In this document: one piece after another, positions 31,090 to 40,806 of the stretch
Position numbering within the stretch: the first letter of the stretch is position 1
Layout: every line of letters starts with the position of its first letter
Source: an uncultured bacterium
GTDB lineage: Bacteria > Chlamydiota > Chlamydiia > Chlamydiales > SM23-39
Length of the DNA stretch: 64,000 nt
NCBI GenBank assembly: GCA_963716985.1
Contig: OY970323.1
Coordinates: 928,001 to 992,000, forward strand
Direction: 5' to 3'
Made by a program: the position numbers and the translations under genes
The notes under the pieces: model-generated
Told to the model about the DNA's origin: nothing
Seen by the model: only the letters and a program-made list of their open reading frames with translations
Database searches by the model: none

Positions 31090-31227
31090 AAAATCTTTAA
31101 TTTAATTGTTGTAAAGCATTAAGCAGAAACATCACATGCAACAAGTATTGTTTGACACTTTAATGAGTTCTGTGTATTTCCAAGACTAGCCTAACCGCTC
31201 AATGAACCCCAAGTAACAGGAGATTTT

Positions 31228-31665
31228 ATGACAAAACTAGTTAAGGATGTTATGAATAAGGCCCCAAAAGCCATACACCCAGAAGAACCGATTCATAAAG
31301 CGGCTTCACTGATGCACAAACATGACATTAGTCATCTGCCAGTCATCGACGATGATAAACAAGTGGTTGGCCACGTTCATACTAATGATGTTCTCAAAGC
31401 AGTAGCTGAGCAAAAACCTCATACTACTCCTGTCAAACACATTATGAGCGAGCCGCCAGTAGTATTGCCGGAAAATACCCCTATACATGAAGCGGCTAAT
31501 CAGCTTGCTAAAGCAAAAGTTAAAGGAGCTGCTGCAGTAAACGACAACGGAGAGCTAAGCGGATTCGTTCATGCTCGTGATATTGAAGAAAAAGTGCCAG
31601 ATGCTAAACCGCATGTGGATAAAATTCTTAATGCCACTAAGCATAACCCCAAAAAAGCTGCTTAA
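31228..31665 (+). CDS. CBS-domain pair protein
   Basis: VKDVM, LPVID..VVG, VKHIM; AGGAG RBS. Confidence 0.85.
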   Translation: MTKLVKDVMNKAPKAIHPEEPIHKAASLMHKHDISHLPVIDDDKQVVGHVHTNDVLKAVAEQKPHTTPVKHIMSEPPVVLPENTPIHEAANQLAKAKVKGAAAVNDNGELSGFVHARDIEEKVPDAKPHVDKILNATKHNPKKAA

Positions 31666-31812
31666 GGCTAGGATTCAGATCACAACTTACGCCAAATGCT
31701 CAACCTACACGATGTGTGCCGGTTGAGTATTTGGTTTCCTACAATATGAAAAGGCTCAATTTGAATGCGCAAAAGCTTATAGACACTGCGATGGAAAAGA
31801 CGAGGAAATGTC

Positions 31813-34800
31813 ATGGAACCTGATGCCGATAACTCCAAAGCTCCAGAATCGAAGGTTCCGGCTAGAGCTTCGTCCAAAACTCCTGCAACAAAGTCAGGAT
31901 CGCAGCCTGATGCGAAGGAAGATCTAAAGTCCTTGTCTTTGGCTGAAGTGGGAAAAAAATTGGGATTCTCGCCGGAAGGACTCACAGAGGCTGAGGCGGC
32001 GAAGCGATTGACCCAATATGGTCCTAACGAGCTTGAAGAAAAGAAATCTCATCCGCTTTTAAAATTTCTCTCCTATTTTTGGGGTCCTATTCCATGGATG
32101 ATCGAGATAGCGGTGATTCTATCTGGGGTAGTTCGTCACTGGCCCGATTTTTTCATTATCCTCCTTTTGCTTTTTTCTAACGCCATAGTCGGATTCTGGG
32201 AGGAGCGTCAAGCAGCCAACGAGATTGCCGCCTTGAAGGCTAAGCTGGCGGTCAAGGCTCGGGTGATACGAGACGGGAAATGGATCAATCCAGCGGCGCG
32301 CGAGTTGGTTCCAGGCGACGTCATTCGATTGCGCCAGGGCGATATAGTGCCTGCGGATGCGCGGCTTTTGGATGGCGATCCGGTAGAGGTGGATCAATCT
32401 GCGCTGACAGGAGAGTCGCTGCCTGTAACGTGTAAAAGTGGCGGGGCCGTGTTCTCGGGATCGATTGTCCGCCAGGGCGAAATCGGTGCACTCGTCTACG
32501 GCACCGGTATGAACACCTACTTCGGTAAGACAGCACAATTGGTGCAGGAAGCACACACCGTCAGCCATTTTCAAAAGGCTGTTTTAAAAATCGGCAATTA
32601 TCTGATCATCTTAGCCGGCGTTTTGGTTGCTGGAATCATAACTGTTGCAATCTTTCGGGGAGATCCGATCCTCACCACGCTGCAATTCGCTTTGGTGCTG
32701 ACCGTGGCCTCTATCCCGGTAGCGATGCCGACAGTATTGTCGGTAACGATGGCAGTCGGCGCGCGCCTGCTCGCAAGAAAGCAAGCGATTGTGAGCCGCT
32801 TAGTCGCCATCGAGGAGTTAGCAGGAGTGGACATATTGTGCGCGGACAAGACCGGCACTCTGACTCAAAACAAGTTGACGCTGGGCGATCCATTCAGCGT
32901 GAATAATATCCCAAAGGAACAAGTCATCCTCAATGGCGCGTTAGCATCGCGTGCAGACAATAACGATACGATTGATTTGGCCGTTCTCGGCGGTCTGAAA
33001 AACAAAGATGCGCTGAAAGGGTACCAGATGGGCCATTTCCAACCATTCGATGCAGTGCATAAACGGACTGAAGCTACGATCAAGGGATCAGAAGGTAAAG
33101 AGTTCAAGGTGACGAAAGGCGCGCCGCAAGTGATTTTGGCATTATCAGCCAATCTAACCCAAGTGAAGGATGCTGTTGAAAAAGCAGTTAACGAATTTGC
33201 TGCGCGCGGATTTCGATCGCTCGGCGTTGCTCGGGACGATGGAAGCGGGTGGCAATTTCTCGGGGTCCTACCCCTGTTTGATCCACCGCGGGAAGATGCT
33301 AAAGCGACGATTGCGACCGCAACTCAAATGGGCGTGAAAGTTAAGATGGTCACGGGTGATCAAATGGCCATCGCGAAGGAAACTGCAAAAAAATTAGGGA
33401 TGGGCACAAACATCCTCGATGCTACGGGTCTTGGCGATGTAAAGAAGCAAGAGACCACCGAGATGGCCGAGTCTATCGAGAAGTGTGATGGTTTTGCCCA
33501 GGTATTCCCTGCACACAAGTTCCATATTGTGGATGTGTTGCAAAAACGAGGCCATCTTGTCGGCATGACTGGCGACGGGGTAAATGACGCCCCTGCGCTG
33601 AAAAAAGCCGACTGCGGCATCGCCGTTTCAAGCGCGACAGATGCGGCGCGCGCGGCAGCAGCCATTGTGCTGTTAACGCCCGGCCTATCGGTGATTATCG
33701 ATGCGATCAAAGAAAGTCGGAAAATTTTCCAGCGGATGAACAGTTACGCGATCTACCGCATCGCCGAGACGCTCCGCGTACTATTTTTCATGACACTGGC
33801 CATCCTGGTGTTTAACTTCTATCCAGTGACGGCAGTGATGATTGTGATGCTGGCGCTTCTGAACGATGGCGCCATCCTATCCATTGCTTATGACAATGTT
33901 CATTATAAGGATCAGCCTGAAGCCTGGAACATGCGCATGGTCTTAGGAGTAGCTACAGCTCTGGGCTTGATCGGGGTCGTGGCCGCTTTTGGCCTATTTT
34001 ATCTCGGTGAGAGAGTCTTTCATCTCGACCGCCCACATATCCAGACGCTGATGTATTTGAAGTTGTCTGTGGCTGGACACCTGACGATTTTCCTGACCCG
34101 TACGCGCGGTCCATTCTGGACCATCCGCCCTGCGCGGATTTTATGGGGAGCAGTACTGGGTACGCAAATGGTGGCCACTTTGATTGCGGTTTTCGGGTTC
34201 CTTATGACCCCTCTCGGCTGGAAATGGGCAGGTTTTGTTTGGGTCTATGCGCTTGCCTGGTTCCTCGTAAATGACCAAGTCAAATGGCTTGCCTACCGGA
34301 TTTTCGATCCGGTTAAGAAACCTAAGACTGATGCCAAGGCTGGATCTCAGCCTGTGAGCAAGCCAGAGCCAAAACCAGATACTAAACTTAAGAACAAAGA
34401 AGGGGCTATGCCTGAAGACAATGCCAAACCAAAGCCTGACGATAAAGCAAAGTCTAAACCAGAAGGTGCTGCCGAACCAAAACCTGGCGACGCTAAAGGT
34501 GCTAAACCAGAAGGTGCCGCTGAGCCTGCACCAGGTGCCAAAGCCGAGCCAAAACCTGACGACGCTAAAGGTGCCAAACCAGAAGGTGCTGCTGACCTTA
34601 AGCCAAGCGCTAAAGCGGAACCAAAACCAGACGATGCCAAGCCTAAGCCTGAAGAGGTCGGACACTCGGATACGACATCGGGGCAAAATTTCATCCATGT
34701 GCATATGGATAAGGAGGCAGTCGATGTCTACATTGCCGGTCCTGGTCACAGCGGGCCCGGTATCCCTGAACACAAGGATGAGTCAAAGCCAGAAGGCAAA

Positions 34801-34956
34801 ACAGAACCAAAATCTGAAAACACACCTTCTGATTTGACAGAGCAGATCAAGAAACGCGCCCAAGAGCTATACGAGAAACGGGGAAGGCAAGAGGGTCATG
34901 CAGATGAGGACTGGAGCCAAGCAGAGAAGGAAATTCGGAAAGAAAAAAACAAATGA
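31813..34956 (+). CDS. P-type H+-exporting ATPase (P3A) with repeat tail and DUF2934-like C-terminus
   Basis: WGPIPWMIE, DQSALTGES, IPVAMPTV, DKTGT, KGAPQ, TGDGVNDAPALK, LND; tail QIKKRAQELYE.RG...G...DW..AE.EI. Confidence 0.93.
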   Translation: MEPDADNSKAPESKVPARASSKTPATKSGSQPDAKEDLKSLSLAEVGKKLGFSPEGLTEAEAAKRLTQYGPNELEEKKSHPLLKFLSYFWGPIPWMIEIAVILSGVVRHWPDFFIILLLLFSNAIVGFWEERQAANEIAALKAKLAVKARVIRDGKWINPAARELVPGDVIRLRQGDIVPADARLLDGDPVEVDQSALTGESLPVTCKSGGAVFSGSIVRQGEIGALVYGTGMNTYFGKTAQLVQEAHTVSHFQKAVLKIGNYLIILAGVLVAGIITVAIFRGDPILTTLQFALVLTVASIPVAMPTVLSVTMAVGARLLARKQAIVSRLVAIEELAGVDILCADKTGTLTQNKLTLGDPFSVNNIPKEQVILNGALASRADNNDTIDLAVLGGLKNKDALKGYQMGHFQPFDAVHKRTEATIKGSEGKEFKVTKGAPQVILALSANLTQVKDAVEKAVNEFAARGFRSLGVARDDGSGWQFLGVLPLFDPPREDAKATIATATQMGVKVKMVTGDQMAIAKETAKKLGMGTNILDATGLGDVKKQETTEMAESIEKCDGFAQVFPAHKFHIVDVLQKRGHLVGMTGDGVNDAPALKKADCGIAVSSATDAARAAAAIVLLTPGLSVIIDAIKESRKIFQRMNSYAIYRIAETLRVLFFMTLAILVFNFYPVTAVMIVMLALLNDGAILSIAYDNVHYKDQPEAWNMRMVLGVATALGLIGVVAAFGLFYLGERVFHLDRPHIQTLMYLKLSVAGHLTIFLTRTRGPFWTIRPARILWGAVLGTQMVATLIAVFGFLMTPLGWKWAGFVWVYALAWFLVNDQVKWLAYRIFDPVKKPKTDAKAGSQPVSKPEPKPDTKLKNKEGAMPEDNAKPKPDDKAKSKPEGAAEPKPGDAKGAKPEGAAEPAPGAKAEPKPDDAKGAKPEGAADLKPSAKAEPKPDDAKPKPEEVGHSDTTSGQNFIHVHMDKEAVDVYIAGPGHSGPGIPEHKDESKPEGKTEPKSENTPSDLTEQIKKRAQELYEKRGRQEGHADEDWSQAEKEIRKEKNK
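34330..34650 (+). repeat. Degenerate coding tandem repeats (AKPEGAAEPKPDD)
   Basis: Recurrent AAACCAGAAGGTGC and GACGCTAAAGGTGC units. Confidence 0.8.
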
Positions 34957-35570
34957 AGAAAAAGATTCAATTCACTCATTTATTTCTAGATGTCGGCGGT
35001 GTTTTGCTCACCAATGGGTGGGATCATCATGCACGTAAACGCGCCGCAGCGAAGTTTAAGCTAAAGTATTCCGATATGGATGATCGGCATCGCTTGACGT
35101 TTGAAATCTACGAAAAAGGCAAACTTTCGCTGGAAGAATATTTGAATTTGGTGGTCTTCTACCAAAAACGCCCGTTCACAAGAGCCCAGTTTTGGCGCTT
35201 CATCTGTGCGCAGTCAAAACCTTACTCTGAGATGATCGAGCTTTCAAAGCAGCTTAAAGTAAAATATGGACTGAAGATCGTCGTAGTTAGCAACGAAGCC
35301 CGCGAACTGAATGCATATCGAATTCGAAAGTTTAAGCTGGACGGCTTTGTAGATTCCTTTATCTCCTCCTGTTTGGTCCACCTCCGTAAGCCCGACGCAG
35401 AAATCTTTCGTCTTGCATTAGACATCGCCCAGGCAGACCCGAAGAAGGTAATCTATATCGAAAACACACCAATGTTTGTCCAGATTGCTGAAGATTTTGG
35501 GATCAGGAGCATTCTCCATACAGATTATAAATCGACGTGTGCAAAATTGGTTTCGATCGGATTAATGTAG
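34953..35570 (+). CDS. HAD-family phosphatase
   Basis: LFLDVGGVL, VSN, RKPD.EIF. Confidence 0.88.
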   Translation: MKKKIQFTHLFLDVGGVLLTNGWDHHARKRAAAKFKLKYSDMDDRHRLTFEIYEKGKLSLEEYLNLVVFYQKRPFTRAQFWRFICAQSKPYSEMIELSKQLKVKYGLKIVVVSNEARELNAYRIRKFKLDGFVDSFISSCLVHLRKPDAEIFRLALDIAQADPKKVIYIENTPMFVQIAEDFGIRSILHTDYKSTCAKLVSIGLM

Positions 35571-35590
35571 TGAACTAAAAAGGAAATCAC

Positions 35591-36523
35591 GTGAAAAACA
35601 AAAGCTCATTTTCTTCATTAATATTCTTTGTCATTCTTTTGATTGGCGCGGTACTGGCATATCTCCTGTATAAAAGTTCTAATGGTTACGAAATTTACTA
35701 TGTTTTTGGAGGTGCTCTTTTCATTGCCTACGTCGCAACAACTGCCACTAAAGTGGCAAATCAGTGGGACAGGGCCGTCGTTTTACGATTGGGCCATTTT
35801 CACTCTTTAAGAGGGCCGGGATTATTTTTTATCATTCCGGTTATCGATACAATTCCTTTCTGGATCGACATCCGGGTCATCACGACCTCGTTCAAAGCGG
35901 AAAAAACTCTGACCAAAGATACCGTGCCTGTCGACGTCGATGCGGTTCTTTTTTGGAAAGTGATCGATCCTAAAAAGGCCGCTCTAGAGGTAGCCGATTA
36001 CGAAAGCGCTATTGGATGGGCATCGCAAACAGCTTTACGCGATGTGATTGGCAAGACAATGCTTTCTGACATGCTTGAAGGACGAAACAAAATTAGCAAT
36101 GAGCTGCAAGTAATCATCGATGAGAGGACTGAACCTTGGGGAGTCAATGTGATTTCAGTTGAAGTCAAAGATGTCCTGATTCCTCCCGCCTTGGAAGATG
36201 CGATGTCCATGCAAGCGCAGGCAGAAAGAGAGCGTCAAGCACGGGTTATTCTTGGAGATTCAGAAAGGCAAGTGGCAGAAAAGTTTGGCGAAGCGGCGAA
36301 GACCTATATCAATAATCCTGTCGCATTGCATTTAAGGGCAATGAACATGCTTTATGAGGGATTAAAAGCGAACTCTACTATCGTCATGGTTCCTAGCTCG
36401 GCCATTGAAACAATGCAACTGGGAGGTCTTGCGGGGATTACGGCCTTGACTATGGGCCTAGATCAAAAGCAACCAAGCAATGCAAAAAGAGATGAAATAG
36501 AGAATAAGCCTAGGGAAGGATGA
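35591..36523 (+). CDS. SPFH/band-7 (slipin) membrane protein
   Basis: RAVVLRLG, GPGLFFIIPVID, QTALRDVIG, QAERERQA. Confidence 0.9.
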   Translation: MKNKSSFSSLIFFVILLIGAVLAYLLYKSSNGYEIYYVFGGALFIAYVATTATKVANQWDRAVVLRLGHFHSLRGPGLFFIIPVIDTIPFWIDIRVITTSFKAEKTLTKDTVPVDVDAVLFWKVIDPKKAALEVADYESAIGWASQTALRDVIGKTMLSDMLEGRNKISNELQVIIDERTEPWGVNVISVEVKDVLIPPALEDAMSMQAQAERERQARVILGDSERQVAEKFGEAAKTYINNPVALHLRAMNMLYEGLKANSTIVMVPSSAIETMQLGGLAGITALTMGLDQKQPSNAKRDEIENKPREG

Positions 36524-36530
36524 AAGAGAA

Positions 36531-39029
36531 ATGGATCAGCATGATATAAGTCAAAAAGCCAATATAAAAGGATACGATTCTCTAGAGGATCTCGCCTTAA
36601 ATCTGCGCTCGTCTTGGAATCATAGTACCGATGCGGTATGGCGACAGCTCGATCCAGAATTATGGGAGCTGACGCAGAATCCTTGGGCTGTTTTGCAGGC
36701 ATCCTCAAAAGACAAGCTTACCAAGATGTTAGCGGATCAAAAATTTAGCACTCTTGTTGAAACCCTCCTGAAAGCTAGAAAGGATAGCTTAAGCGCCCCC
36801 ACTTGGTTTCAGGAAAATCACTCTAAGTCATCCTTGAGCTGCATCGCCTACTTTTGCATGGAATATATGTTAAGCGAATCACTTCCAATTTATTCTGGCG
36901 GTCTGGGCAACGTTGCTGGAGATCAGCTTAAAGCTGCAAGCGATCTTGGGGTGCCGGTCTTCGCCATTGGATTGCTCTATGCCCAGGGCTATTTCCGACA
37001 GATCATCGATAAAAATGGGAATCAACAAGAACTTTATCCCTATAATGATCCAGGACAAATGCCCATCAGGCCACTACGAAAGCCGGACGGAGAATGGCTC
37101 CGCTTGAAAATCGAATTACCTGACTGGTCTCTTTGGCTCCGCACATGGGAAGTCAAGGTAGGTAGAAGAACGCTTTATTTATTGGACAGCAATGATACAG
37201 CCAATGTCCCCGCTCATAGAGGGATTACTAGCGAGCTTTATGGAGGGGATCGGGAATTACGCTTAAAACAAGAGATCGTTTTAGGTCTTGGCGGATGGCG
37301 TCTTCTTAACGCTCTTGGCATACAACCTGAAGTTTGCCATATGAATGAAGGTCATGCGGCTTTTCTTGTATTAGAACGGGCCTTTGGTTTTATGCAAAAA
37401 ACGAAACAACCGTTCGAAGTAGCGTTGGCAGCCACGCGAATAGGCAATCTCTTCACAACCCATACCGCAGAACCCTCCGGGTTCGATCAGTTTTCTCCCG
37501 ATCTCATTTGGAAATATTTGGGGAAATACGCAGAAACTAAACTGGGCATACCATTTAAGAGGTTTCTTTCTCTTGGCCAGTTAAATCCAAATGACGATTT
37601 TAATATGGCCTATTTAGCTATCCGAGGAAGCGGCTTTGTCAATGGCGTGAGTCAATTGCATGGTGTAGTCAGCAGGCATCTGTTTAGAGATTTATTTCCT
37701 CGATTTCCCGAAGGAGAAGTCCCAGTTGGATCTGTGACGAATGGAGTCCATATGCCGACTTGGGATTCATCTGTATCTGACGATCTTTGGACTAAGAGCT
37801 GTGGAAAAGGGCGATGGTTGGGTAAACTCGAGGATCTAGAGAATAAGATACGCGCTGTTCCAGATACGGAAATTTGGCAAATGCGCAATGAATCGAGAGC
37901 CTCTCTTGTTGACTATACGCGCATCCGATTAGCAAAACAGTTGCAAGCGAGAGGAGCCTCTGATGATGAGATTGAGAGGATAAAATCCTTTTTAAATCCG
38001 AATGCTTTAACTCTAGGTTTTGCCCGTAGATTTGCCGCTTACAAAAGGCCTGATTTACTCCTTACCGATGAAGATCGACTTCTCCGCATATTGACCAATA
38101 AGGATCGACCTGTACAGCTCATTCTTGCCGGCAAAGCACATCCTGCCGATGCTGAGGGGCATGCTCTAATCAAAAGATGGATGAAATTCATTTCCAGACC
38201 CGAAGCTCGCCCCCATGTCATTTTTCTCAGCGATTACGACATGATTTTAACAGAACATCTCGTTCAGGGAGTCGATTTATGGATCAATACTCCCAGACGG
38301 CCTTGGGAAGCAAGTGGAACAAGCGGAATGAAGATCCTCGTTAATGGAGGCTTGAATCTTTCAGAATTAGACGGCTGGTGGGCGGAAGCTTATACTCCTG
38401 AAGTCGGTTGGGCACTCGGAGACCGCAAGGAACATGGAGAAGATCCCAACTGGGACCATGCGGAGGCAAACACTCTTTATGATCTCTTGGAAAACGAAGT
38501 GATCCCTGAATTTTACACATGGGATGCCAGAATGATGCCTATGACCTGGATAACAAAAATCCGCGAGAGTATGGCGCTTCTGACACCTCATTTTTCTTCC
38601 AATCGGACAGTGCGTGAATATACAGAGAAATTCTATCTTCCAGCAGCGACAAATTATCGGAAGCGAATTGAAAATAATGGAGTTCTTGCGAAACAAATCA
38701 TCGATTGGCGAAGCAGGGTAGAACAGAATTGGGGCAAATTGGGATTTGGTGAAATGAAAATCGAAGACAAAAATGGCCAACATCTATTTGAAATTCAGGT
38801 CTATCTCAACGATCTGGACCACCAGGCAGTTACTGTGGAGCTTTATTCGGCAGCTTTAAAAAAAGAAATGAAATATCAGGGACCGATTCCCAACACTCGG
38901 GATGGGCATATTTATCGAGCAGAGGTTCCCGCAGCAAATCCAGCATCTAGTTTTACCCCCCGAATTATACCACATTTCCTAGGCGTTGCGGTTCCCCTCG
39001 AATCGACTCAAATTTTATGGCAAAAATGA
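36531..39029 (+). CDS. glgP: Alpha-glucan (glycogen) phosphorylase
   Basis: YSGGLG, HMNEGH, GFARRFAAYKR, EASGTSGMK. Confidence 0.94.
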   Translation: MDQHDISQKANIKGYDSLEDLALNLRSSWNHSTDAVWRQLDPELWELTQNPWAVLQASSKDKLTKMLADQKFSTLVETLLKARKDSLSAPTWFQENHSKSSLSCIAYFCMEYMLSESLPIYSGGLGNVAGDQLKAASDLGVPVFAIGLLYAQGYFRQIIDKNGNQQELYPYNDPGQMPIRPLRKPDGEWLRLKIELPDWSLWLRTWEVKVGRRTLYLLDSNDTANVPAHRGITSELYGGDRELRLKQEIVLGLGGWRLLNALGIQPEVCHMNEGHAAFLVLERAFGFMQKTKQPFEVALAATRIGNLFTTHTAEPSGFDQFSPDLIWKYLGKYAETKLGIPFKRFLSLGQLNPNDDFNMAYLAIRGSGFVNGVSQLHGVVSRHLFRDLFPRFPEGEVPVGSVTNGVHMPTWDSSVSDDLWTKSCGKGRWLGKLEDLENKIRAVPDTEIWQMRNESRASLVDYTRIRLAKQLQARGASDDEIERIKSFLNPNALTLGFARRFAAYKRPDLLLTDEDRLLRILTNKDRPVQLILAGKAHPADAEGHALIKRWMKFISRPEARPHVIFLSDYDMILTEHLVQGVDLWINTPRRPWEASGTSGMKILVNGGLNLSELDGWWAEAYTPEVGWALGDRKEHGEDPNWDHAEANTLYDLLENEVIPEFYTWDARMMPMTWITKIRESMALLTPHFSSNRTVREYTEKFYLPAATNYRKRIENNGVLAKQIIDWRSRVEQNWGKLGFGEMKIEDKNGQHLFEIQVYLNDLDHQAVTVELYSAALKKEMKYQGPIPNTRDGHIYRAEVPAANPASSFTPRIIPHFLGVAVPLESTQILWQK

Positions 39030-40681
39030 AGATCAGCCCACTTGCAGGAAAACTACCTCCGCCGGACTTACTGATTCACGTCCCTGATTTGATCGAGGCT
39101 TATTATAGTGGCCTGCCAGATCCATCCATTCCAAGAGAGCGGGTTGCATTTGGCACTTCGGGGCATCGTGGTTCTTCTTTAGATAAGAGCTTTAATGAGC
39201 ATCACATTCTCGCGATAACCCAAGCAATTTGTTTATACCGAACAAAGCACAAGATCGACGGCCCCTTGTTTCTCGGGATGGACACACATGCCCTTTCCGG
39301 CCCTGCCTTAAAAAGTGCCATCGAAGTGCTCGCTGCGAATGGAGTCACCGTGATGTTATCCGATGGAGATGAATATACTCCAACTCCTGTCATTTCCCAT
39401 GCGATTCTCACTTACAATCACGGCAAAAGACTCGGGTTAGCTGATGGCATTGTGATTACCCCCTCGCACAACCCTCCAGACCAAGGCGGCTTTAAATACG
39501 ATCCGCCAAATGGAGGCCCTGCGGAAACTGAGGTCACCAATTGGATTCAAGACAAAGCCAATGAACTGCTCGAAAACAAGTTATCGGGCGTAAAGAGAAT
39601 CCCATATGAAAAGGCACTCTATTCTTCTACGACGCAAAGACACAATTACCAAAAAGCATATATTAGCGACCTTGGCAATGTAATCGATATGGAAGCCATC
39701 CGCAAATCAAAGATCCGCATTGGAGTAGATCCTCTTGGCGGCGCTGGAGTCCACTACTGGAAGCCCATCTCTGAAATGTACGGAATCGATCTCACAGTTG
39801 TAAGGGAAACGGTAGATCCTACCTTTCGCTTTATGACAGTCGATTGGGATGGAAAGATTCGGATGGATCCTTCTTCTCCTTATGCCATGCAAGGATTGAT
39901 CGGAATGAAAGACCGTTTTGATATTGCCTTTGCCTGTGATACCGATTACGACAGACATGGAATTGTCACCAAAAGTTCAGGGTTACTGCCGCCGAATCAT
40001 TATCTCTCTGCAGCTATCCTTTATCTTTTTCAGCATCGGCTTAAGTGGCAAAAGAGCGCTGCCGTAGGCAAGACTCTCGTTAGCAGCCAGATGATCGATC
40101 GCGTTACCGCAAAGCTGGGACGAAAACTCTATGAAGTGCCTGTAGGCTTCAAATGGTTCGTCGATGGCTTGTTAGACGGTTCTCTTGGTTTTGCAGGCGA
40201 AGAGAGCGCAGGAGCTGTATTTCCTCGCTTGGATGGGACGATATGGACAACAGACAAAGACGGCATTATTTTAGCTTTACTTGCTGCGGAGATGATGGCA
40301 AAGCTTGGAAAAGACCCAGGGGAACTCTATCAGGATTTAATTCGTGAATTTGGTGAGCCTGCATACGCCTTAGTCGAGGCCCCTGCTACACCAGCGCAAA
40401 AAGAGATATTAAAAAACCTATCTCCAAAGAGCATCCAATCTAAGACGCTAGCTGGTGAAGAGATCAGTTCCATTTTGACCAAGGCGCCTGGAAATGGCGC
40501 TCCAATCGGAGGATTGAAAGTGACAACAGCGAACGGGTGGTTTGCTGCCCGTCCCTCAGGTACAGAAGATATCTATAAAATATATGGAGAAAGTTTCCTA
40601 GGAGTTGCTCATCTGGATCGTATTCTGAAAGAGGCTCAAATAATAGTAAATGAGGCATTAGACAAGGGCATCAAATTGTAG
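39017..40681 (+). CDS. pgm: Phosphoglucomutase
   Basis: FGTSGHRG, TPSHNPP, DTDYDRH, GEESAG, RPSGTE. Confidence 0.95.
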   Translation: MAKMKISPLAGKLPPPDLLIHVPDLIEAYYSGLPDPSIPRERVAFGTSGHRGSSLDKSFNEHHILAITQAICLYRTKHKIDGPLFLGMDTHALSGPALKSAIEVLAANGVTVMLSDGDEYTPTPVISHAILTYNHGKRLGLADGIVITPSHNPPDQGGFKYDPPNGGPAETEVTNWIQDKANELLENKLSGVKRIPYEKALYSSTTQRHNYQKAYISDLGNVIDMEAIRKSKIRIGVDPLGGAGVHYWKPISEMYGIDLTVVRETVDPTFRFMTVDWDGKIRMDPSSPYAMQGLIGMKDRFDIAFACDTDYDRHGIVTKSSGLLPPNHYLSAAILYLFQHRLKWQKSAAVGKTLVSSQMIDRVTAKLGRKLYEVPVGFKWFVDGLLDGSLGFAGEESAGAVFPRLDGTIWTTDKDGIILALLAAEMMAKLGKDPGELYQDLIREFGEPAYALVEAPATPAQKEILKNLSPKSIQSKTLAGEEISSILTKAPGNGAPIGGLKVTTANGWFAARPSGTEDIYKIYGESFLGVAHLDRILKEAQIIVNEALDKGIKL

Positions 40682-40806
40682 AGCGTTAACTCTTTTCGAA
40701 AAGAGTCATTCATGGAGATCGACATCCTGAGATGGTAAAAAAGTTCTACCCTTCCTGATTTATTAAACCTTGTAGTTAGGAAGGGGACTCGTGTTCTTGG
40801 CCTCAT

